Shown piece by piece: positions 57,005 to 64,000 of a stretch of 64,000 bases of DNA. Below the pieces are notes generated by a model. That model was not told the DNA's origin. It worked only from the letters and a program-made list of their open reading frames with translations, and made no database searches. The stretch is taken from the NCBI GenBank assembly GCA_965659435.1, contig CBFHVJ010000001.1, forward strand, positions 697 through 64,696, written 5' to 3'. Positions within the stretch are counted from its first letter, which is position 1. Each line of letters begins with the position of its first letter. Source of the DNA: an uncultured Arcobacteraceae bacterium. Lineage in GTDB: Bacteria; Campylobacterota; Campylobacteria; Campylobacterales; Arcobacteraceae. The translations under genes and the position numbers were made by a program.

Positions 57005-57220
57005 ATGAATAATAAAATGATAAAAAATATTTTAATACTATCTATAGCACTATTTACTATTATGCTTATATCGACATTAATAGTAATAGGTTTTAACTCT
57101 ATTATAGGATTTAGTACAGATGTAGCAAATGATGATGTTGCGACGAGTATCTCTGCTGTTGCTTTTGTAATAGCTATAATTTTAAAACTAATATATGATA
57201 AAAAATCTGAAATAGAGTAA
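57005..57220 (+). CDS. Small two-TM membrane protein, hypothetical
   Basis: 71 aa with two hydrophobic helices. It lies 6 nt upstream of uvrB. Confidence 0.5.
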   Translation: MNNKMIKNILILSIALFTIMLISTLIVIGFNSIIGFSTDVANDDVATSISAVAFVIAIILKLIYDKKSEIE

Positions 57221-57226
57221 ATTTAT

Positions 57227-59200
57227 ATGACACCATTTAAAGTAAAATCTCAATACTCTCCAGCAGGAGATCAACCCAAAGCAATTGAAAAACTAAGTTC
57301 TAGTATCTTACAAGGGAATAAATATCAAACCCTTGAAGGTGTAACTGGAAGTGGTAAAACACATACTATGGCAAGAATTATTGAAAAAACTCAAATGCCT
57401 ACACTTATTATGACACATAACAAAACTCTAGCTGCTCAGCTTTATAGTGAATTTAGAAGCTTTTTTCCAGACAATCATGTCGAATATTTTATCTCATATT
57501 ATGATTATTACCAACCAGAAGCTTATATACCTAGATCTGATCTCTTTATTGAGAAAGATAGCTCTATCAATGACGAATTAGAAAGATTAAGACTTAGTAC
57601 AACAGCATCTTTATTGAGTTTTGAAGATATTATCTGTGTAGCTTCTGTATCAGCAAATTATGGATTAGGTAATCCAGAAGAATATAAAGCAAATGTACAA
57701 AAGCTTGAAGTTGGTCAAGAATATAGTCAACGAGCCTTACTATTAAAGCTTGTAGAGATGGGATATAAAAGAAATGATAGTTTCTTTGATCGTTCAAATT
57801 TTAGAGTAAATGGTGATGTTTTAGATATTTTTCCTGCCTATTTTGAAGAGGAGTTTATTAGAATTGAATTTTTTGGAGATGAAGTTGAATCATTAACAAA
57901 GCATGAATACCTAACAAACAATAAAGTTCAAGACTTAAATAGCGCTACTATTTATAGTGTTAATCCATTTGTAGTCTCTCAAGATAGACTTGCAAATGCG
58001 ATAAAATCTATCGAAGATGAATTAGCACAACGACTGGAGCACTATCAAAAAGAGGAAAAATTTGTTGAATACCAAAGATTAAAACAAAGGGTTGAATTTG
58101 ATCTTGAGATGTTAGAATCAACTGGTATGTGTAAAGGTATTGAAAACTACGCACGACTTCTTACAGATAAAAAACCTGGAGAAACTCCCTATTCCTTAAT
58201 TGATTATTTTCAAGCAATGAATAGACCTTTTTTATTAATTGTAGATGAATCACATGTTTCTCTTCCCCAATTTAGAGGAATGTTCGCAGCAGACAGAAGT
58301 AGAAAAGAGATATTAGTTGACTATGGATTTAGACTTCCTAGTGCTTTAGATAACAGGCCTTTAAAATTTGATGAGTTTATAAAAAAAGCTGATCATTTTT
58401 TATTTGTTAGTGCAACACCAGCTCCTACTGAACTTGAATTAAGTAGTGAAGTTGCGCATCAAGTTATTAGACCTACAGGACTACTTGATCCTAAAATAGA
58501 GATTTTAGATAGTCAATATCAGATTGAAAAACTTTTTGATGAAATCAAAAAAACTATAGAAAAAAAAGAGAGAGTTCTAGTAACTGTACTAACTAAAAAA
58601 ATGGCTGAAGAGCTAGCTGCATACTATAGTGATCTAGGATTAAAAGTAAAATATATGCATAGTGAAATTGATGCAATTGAAAGAAATCATATTATTCGAC
58701 AATTAAGACTAGGTGAGTTTGATATTCTTATAGGAATTAATCTTTTAAGAGAAGGACTTGATATTCCAGAAACATCTTTAGTAGCTATACTAGATGCAGA
58801 TAAAGAAGGGTTCTTAAGAAGTAGAACAAGTCTAGTACAAACAATGGGTAGAGCTGCTAGAAATGAGAATGGTAGAGTTATTTTATTCGCTCAAAAAATT
58901 ACAGATTCTATGCAGTATGCAATTGACCTTACAAACAAAAGAAGAGATATACAAGAGAAACATAATATTAAACATGGTATTACTCCAAAAACAACAGTAA
59001 GAACATTAGATGAGTCATTAAAACTTGAAGAGTATGATGAAACAGCATTAAAAAAACAACGTCTTGAGAAGATGCCTGCAAGTGAAAGAAAAAAGATGTT
59101 AGTTGAACTAAATAAAGCTATGACAAAAGCATCAAAAGAGCTTAATTTTGAAGAGGCTATTAGACTAAGGGATGAGATAGAAAAAGTTAAGAAACTATAG
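57227..59200 (+). CDS. uvrB: Excinuclease ABC subunit B
   Basis: 657 aa with [16 protein letters not shown], the beta-hairpin region [10 protein letters not shown] and the C-terminal UVR motif. Confidence 0.97.
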   Translation: MTPFKVKSQYSPAGDQPKAIEKLSSSILQGNKYQTLEGVTGSGKTHTMARIIEKTQMPTLIMTHNKTLAAQLYSEFRSFFPDNHVEYFISYYDYYQPEAYIPRSDLFIEKDSSINDELERLRLSTTASLLSFEDIICVASVSANYGLGNPEEYKANVQKLEVGQEYSQRALLLKLVEMGYKRNDSFFDRSNFRVNGDVLDIFPAYFEEEFIRIEFFGDEVESLTKHEYLTNNKVQDLNSATIYSVNPFVVSQDRLANAIKSIEDELAQRLEHYQKEEKFVEYQRLKQRVEFDLEMLESTGMCKGIENYARLLTDKKPGETPYSLIDYFQAMNRPFLLIVDESHVSLPQFRGMFAADRSRKEILVDYGFRLPSALDNRPLKFDEFIKKADHFLFVSATPAPTELELSSEVAHQVIRPTGLLDPKIEILDSQYQIEKLFDEIKKTIEKKERVLVTVLTKKMAEELAAYYSDLGLKVKYMHSEIDAIERNHIIRQLRLGEFDILIGINLLREGLDIPETSLVAILDADKEGFLRSRTSLVQTMGRAARNENGRVILFAQKITDSMQYAIDLTNKRRDIQEKHNIKHGITPKTTVRTLDESLKLEEYDETALKKQRLEKMPASERKKMLVELNKAMTKASKELNFEEAIRLRDEIEKVKKL

Positions 59201-59792
59201 TTTCAAATAACTTTTTCGTACAATTATGACCATCATTTTGGTGGTCTGAAAATCCCCAATTAACTAAATGACATTTTATATCGGCATTTTGTGCCGCCAT
59301 TAAATCTTTGTTACTATCTCCAACTAATTGTGATTGCTGTGATGAAAATGAAAGTTCATTCATCGTTTTTAGCAACATTTCAGGATGTGGTTTTGACTCT
59401 TTTACATCATCAAATCCAACTACATATTTAATATATTTATCAATATTTAAATGCTCAACTGCTTTTCTAGCAAAAATATTTGATGCATTAGTAGCAATTG
59501 TTAATGTAAAGTTTTTTTCGTATAACTTTGCTAATAGTTCTTCTATACCCTCATATAAAAAAATCGTATCTAAACAATGTTTATCATAGTAATCTTCAAA
59601 TAGTTTTGTATGCATAGGTGTAAAGCAATCTGTACCATAGAAAAATTTAGCTGGATCGATAGAAGGATCATTTATATTTGAAAGTAGATAATCATGTCCC
59701 ATAGGATCAAGTCCAGTTGATGTTCGAACATGATTAATAGTATTTACGATGATAGTACCACTATTAACTAGAGTACCATCCATATCAAACAT
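59187..59792 (-). CDS. HAD-IA family hydrolase (phosphoglycolate phosphatase-like); true start probably upstream at ATT 59807
   Basis: Motif I FDMDGTLV, motif II TNAS and motif [12 protein letters not shown]. The first ATG leaves only M-F before the nucleophile Asp (see finding). Confidence 0.8.
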   Translation of the reverse strand: MFDMDGTLVNSGTIIVNTINHVRTSTGLDPMGHDYLLSNINDPSIDPAKFFYGTDCFTPMHTKLFEDYYDKHCLDTIFLYEGIEELLAKLYEKNFTLTIATNASNIFARKAVEHLNIDKYIKYVVGFDDVKESKPHPEMLLKTMNELSFSSQQSQLVGDSNKDLMAAQNADIKCHLVNWGFSDHQNDGHNCTKKLFETIVS

Positions 59793-59806
59793 GATAAGTT
59801 TTTTAA

Positions 59807-60709
59807 TTATTTAACCTTCACATTCATTAAATAATCAATTACAGTATCAACAAAAGCATCATATTTTCTCTCTTTTAGATAAGAGATGTAAAGCTTTCTT
59901 CGAACTTCAGTTCCTGTTAGTCTTGCCTCATGTAAAACACCTGCTTCTAAATAGTCAGCAATTGCAAGTCTTGATACAATTGATACCGTAGGGATATCAT
60001 CTTTTTCACTTCTTAACACAGTTTGGATAATAGTAGTAGGACTTGATGATTCACTAATCATATTAAAATTATCACAATCTGGTAAATCTACAGAATCTAA
60101 TGCTTCTTTAAATAGATGTCTTGTATTACTTTCTCTATCTCTACAAACCCATTTATAGCTTAATAGATCATTTGCTTTTAATCTTTTTGGAAGCTTTTGA
60201 TTAGAGAAAACCACTAACTCATCTTCCATCCATTCTCTATAGATAATGTGAGTATTATCCCCAATAACATCAACTAAAGCCATATCACTTTCTCTATCAA
60301 GTAGCTTTTGTAATGCTTCTGCGGAAGTAGACACATCAATACTTACATCATTATCAATACTTTTTTTAATATTGTTTAAAAACATTGGTAAAATATAATT
60401 ACCAACTACAAATGATGTTGAAAATTTAAAGATAATATCTTTGTTGATAATATCTAAAATAGCTTTTTCACCATTTACTACACATTTGTGAATTTTTTGT
60501 GCAATATGGAATAAAGCCTCTCCCTCTTTAGTGAGTTTTATACCATTCTTTTTTCTTTCAACAATTTTAGTATCAAGATATTCTTCGATAAATTTCATCT
60601 GTTGTGTTACAGCTGGTTGCGAGATACCCAGTTTCGCAGATGCTTTAGAAAATGACTTTTCATTTACTACTGTAAGAAAAGTCTCAAGTTTTGTGAAGTC
60701 ACTTAACAT
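59807..60709 (-). CDS. LysR-family transcriptional regulator
   Basis: The N-terminus FLTVVNEKSFSKASAKLGISQPAVTQQMKFIEEYL is a LysR HTH. 300 aa. Confidence 0.92.
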   Translation of the reverse strand: MLSDFTKLETFLTVVNEKSFSKASAKLGISQPAVTQQMKFIEEYLDTKIVERKKNGIKLTKEGEALFHIAQKIHKCVVNGEKAILDIINKDIIFKFSTSFVVGNYILPMFLNNIKKSIDNDVSIDVSTSAEALQKLLDRESDMALVDVIGDNTHIIYREWMEDELVVFSNQKLPKRLKANDLLSYKWVCRDRESNTRHLFKEALDSVDLPDCDNFNMISESSSPTTIIQTVLRSEKDDIPTVSIVSRLAIADYLEAGVLHEARLTGTEVRRKLYISYLKERKYDAFVDTVIDYLMNVKVK

Positions 60710-60810
60710 ATATTTACCTTCATATTATTAGTTTATATGAATTATAATATATATTAATATAAAAAATAATTAAACGGTTAAGTAAGTTTAATTATTTTTA
60801 TAATTTTTGA

Positions 60811-61929
60811 TTATTTAACTGTCTTAGCAAACTCGTTAAATATGTATTTACTTTCATGCGGACCTGGGCTTGCCTCTGGGTGATGTTGTACAGAGAATAT
60901 TGGCTTATTGTTGTATTTTACACCCTCAATTGTATTATCAAAAAGGTTTTTATGTGTAATAGATGCAATCTGTACAATCTCATCAGGAACATTATAGTTA
61001 TGGTTTTGTGCAGTAATCTCAACCACTCCATTAGAAGCCACAGGATGATTACCACCATGCTGTCCAAATTTCAATTTAAATGTATCAAATCCATGTGCAA
61101 TTGAAAGCATTTGATGTCCTAAACAAATTGCAAACATTGGGATATCTTTATCAATTAGTTTTTGAACCTCTTTTTTCTCATTTTCAAGAGTTAAAGGATC
61201 TCCAGGACCATTACTTAAAAAGATTCCTCCAATTTCACTAGCTTCAAATCTTTTAATAAGCTCATCAGCATCAAAACTACTTGGAGATACTTCAACTTCT
61301 AAACCAGATTCAACTAACTCATTTAAAATATTTCGTTTAACTCCAAAATCAATAACTACAATTTTTTTATCACTCATCACTGCTTTGTTGTAACTTTGAG
61401 TCTCATGATTCCATGCACCACTTTTATGAATATAAGTCTCTTTCGTACTTACTTGCTCAATGTAGTTAATATCTTCAATTCTTGGGCTATTTTCTAATTT
61501 TGATTTTAATTCATCTTTAGAAGAGATCTCTGTAGATGCAATCATCATCATTGCACCTTCATCTCTTAACATTTTTGTTAAATATCTTGTATCAATATCA
61601 CAAATACCTAAAGTGTTATTCTCTTTAAGTAATGCATCTAATGATTTTTCTGCTCGATAGTTAGAATATTCTTCTTGATAGTTTCTTACTAATACACCTT
61701 TACAATGTGCTTGAGAACTTTCACTATCATCGTCATTTACACCAACATTTCCAATTTCTGGTGCAGTAAATGTAACAAACTGTCCTGCATAACTAGGATC
61801 TGTAATAATCTCTTGGTAGCCAGTCATTGAAGTATTAAATACAATTTCACCGACACTAGTTCCAGAAGCCCCAAAACTATTAGCTTCTAGAAATGTTCCA
61901 TTTTCTAAATATATCCACACTTTTTCCAT
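60811..61929 (-). CDS. carA: Carbamoyl-phosphate synthase small (glutaminase) subunit
   Basis: 372 aa with GYQE..TDPSY, catalytic ICLGHQ and HHPE. Confidence 0.95.
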   Translation of the reverse strand: MEKVWIYLENGTFLEANSFGASGTSVGEIVFNTSMTGYQEIITDPSYAGQFVTFTAPEIGNVGVNDDDSESSQAHCKGVLVRNYQEEYSNYRAEKSLDALLKENNTLGICDIDTRYLTKMLRDEGAMMMIASTEISSKDELKSKLENSPRIEDINYIEQVSTKETYIHKSGAWNHETQSYNKAVMSDKKIVVIDFGVKRNILNELVESGLEVEVSPSSFDADELIKRFEASEIGGIFLSNGPGDPLTLENEKKEVQKLIDKDIPMFAICLGHQMLSIAHGFDTFKLKFGQHGGNHPVASNGVVEITAQNHNYNVPDEIVQIASITHKNLFDNTIEGVKYNNKPIFSVQHHPEASPGPHESKYIFNEFAKTVK

Positions 61930-62480
61930 TATATTAGTCCTCTTCTAACTAACTCTTCTTCATATAATCTATTATAGATATCATTATAATCATCTGTTCC
62001 AGGAATTAGTCTTCTTTTATAGTTTTTGATCTTCTCATATGCTGCACTATCTGCATCATCAAAACCTTTCATAAACTCTTCAATAGAAGCTACAATAACA
62101 TTTTTCACTTGATTATCTGATACTACAAAATGGATAAAATCCTCTTCCCATAAATAGTCAAGAACTTGATGTGAGATATCACTAAATCTTTCAGTATTAT
62201 TTAAAATTACACCATATTCATTAGCCATTCTCTTTTTTGTCATCCAGAATAATTGTCTATAGTCTGCTTTATAAAACTCTATCTCATCCTCTTGACCATC
62301 TAACATATTTGAAACTGCTTCATCAAGTGCTGATTCTTTTTTAATATCTTCACTCATTATTCTTACAATCTCAGCAGTAATATCCTCTTTTGGGCTTCTA
62401 ATCTCTACAAAGTCACAATTTACTAAATCTTTTGTGATCCTTCTAGCTATATACTGCACATGATTTTGCTTTAGTCTCAT
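61929..62480 (-). CDS. DUF507-family protein (function unknown)
   Basis: 183 aa. MRLKQNHVQYIARRITKDL matches my memory of DUF507 N-termini. The stop overlaps the carA start. Confidence 0.6.
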   Translation of the reverse strand: MRLKQNHVQYIARRITKDLVNCDFVEIRSPKEDITAEIVRIMSEDIKKESALDEAVSNMLDGQEDEIEFYKADYRQLFWMTKKRMANEYGVILNNTERFSDISHQVLDYLWEEDFIHFVVSDNQVKNVIVASIEEFMKGFDDADSAAYEKIKNYKRRLIPGTDDYNDIYNRLYEEELVRRGLI

Positions 62481-62496
62481 AAACTTCCTTTAAAAT

Positions 62497-63753
<1,257 letters not shown>

Positions 63754-64000
63754 CTACACTCCTAAAACTTTTAATAAATTATCTGTATATAATGCAAAAC
63801 CAAGTGACTTGATCTCATCTGCACTATATGCACCACCTTTTGCTAGCGTTAAATTACCCTCAACAACTCTAAAACATATACCATCATAATATCTCATTGA
63901 AGAGTAATAAAGTGGAGATATTGTTACATTTTTATAATCTACACTTTTTGCAACTTCAATAAGGTTTTTTACCTCACAAGATAAACTTTGAGGAACAAGT
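63754..64000 (-). CDS. hisZ: ATP phosphoribosyltransferase regulatory subunit, C-terminal part (5' end beyond the window)
   Basis: Own translation of the minus strand gives ...SSMRYYDGICFRVVEGNLTLAKGGAYSADEIKSLGFALYTDNLLKVLGV*. This is the HisRS-like YY.G..F / GG.Y pattern typical of HisZ. The TAG stop is at 63756-63754. Confidence 0.65.
   Translation of the reverse strand, partial: LVPQSLSCEVKNLIEVAKSVDYKNVTISPLYYSSMRYYDGICFRVVEGNLTLAKGGAYSADEIKSLGFALYTDNLLKVLGV

Overview
This is a very AT-rich, gene-dense chromosomal segment with about 65 CDS and no intergenic gap above roughly 180 nt. Several synteny markers point to a Campylobacterota genome, probably Arcobacteraceae (inference, no database search possible):
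- an HP1021/Cj1608-type atypical response regulator next to ispDF
- a DUF4492-cydAB (CioAB-like) operon
- a Cj0414/Cj0415-like two-gene gluconate dehydrogenase
- DUF507 between carA and purA
- hisZ-purA adjacency and a short SpeE-like gene

The content is mostly housekeeping:
- nucleotide, cofactor and lipid genes: purM, pgpA, ispDF, thiC, pgeF, trmA, moaA, carA, purA and partial hisZ
- respiration: cytochrome bd oxidase
- a complete 2-methylcitrate cluster of the AcnD/PrpF type (prpE-prpB-prpC-acnD-prpF)
- a UbiD-family decarboxylase, an RND pump and an anchorless SdhAB-like flavoenzyme
- amino acid genes: metH, ilvE, hisIE, argB and thrC
- others: a Sir2 deacylase, an OmpR-type two-component system divergent from dgkA plus a phosphoethanolamine-transferase-like gene, and uvrB

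I saw no rRNA, tRNA, CRISPR array, IS or transposase, integrase, prophage gene or recognisable defence system. There is no obvious large novel system.

The observations most worth follow-up are:
1. The cytochrome bd locus is bracketed by two NifX/NifB-like domain proteins. One is fused to a DUF134 HTH and the other carries a His-rich tail. The locus also holds an unannotated 36-codon transmembrane ORF translationally coupled between cydB and the NifX-like gene.
2. A probable DUF4395 membrane protein has a Met-rich and C-x4-C-x4-C tail and is preceded by a 16-codon ORF.
3. A non-canonical XRE-HTH protein lies divergent from the prp operon, with 10-bp-phased TGTA repeats in the shared intergenic region.
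4. A small protein has a flagellin-C-terminus-like tail.
5. Phased TGAAA direct repeats sit at the dgkA promoter.
6. A HAD phosphatase probably needs an ATT start codon.

All functional calls rest on motif recognition in the translated ORFs and on remembered family knowledge. None was checked against a database.
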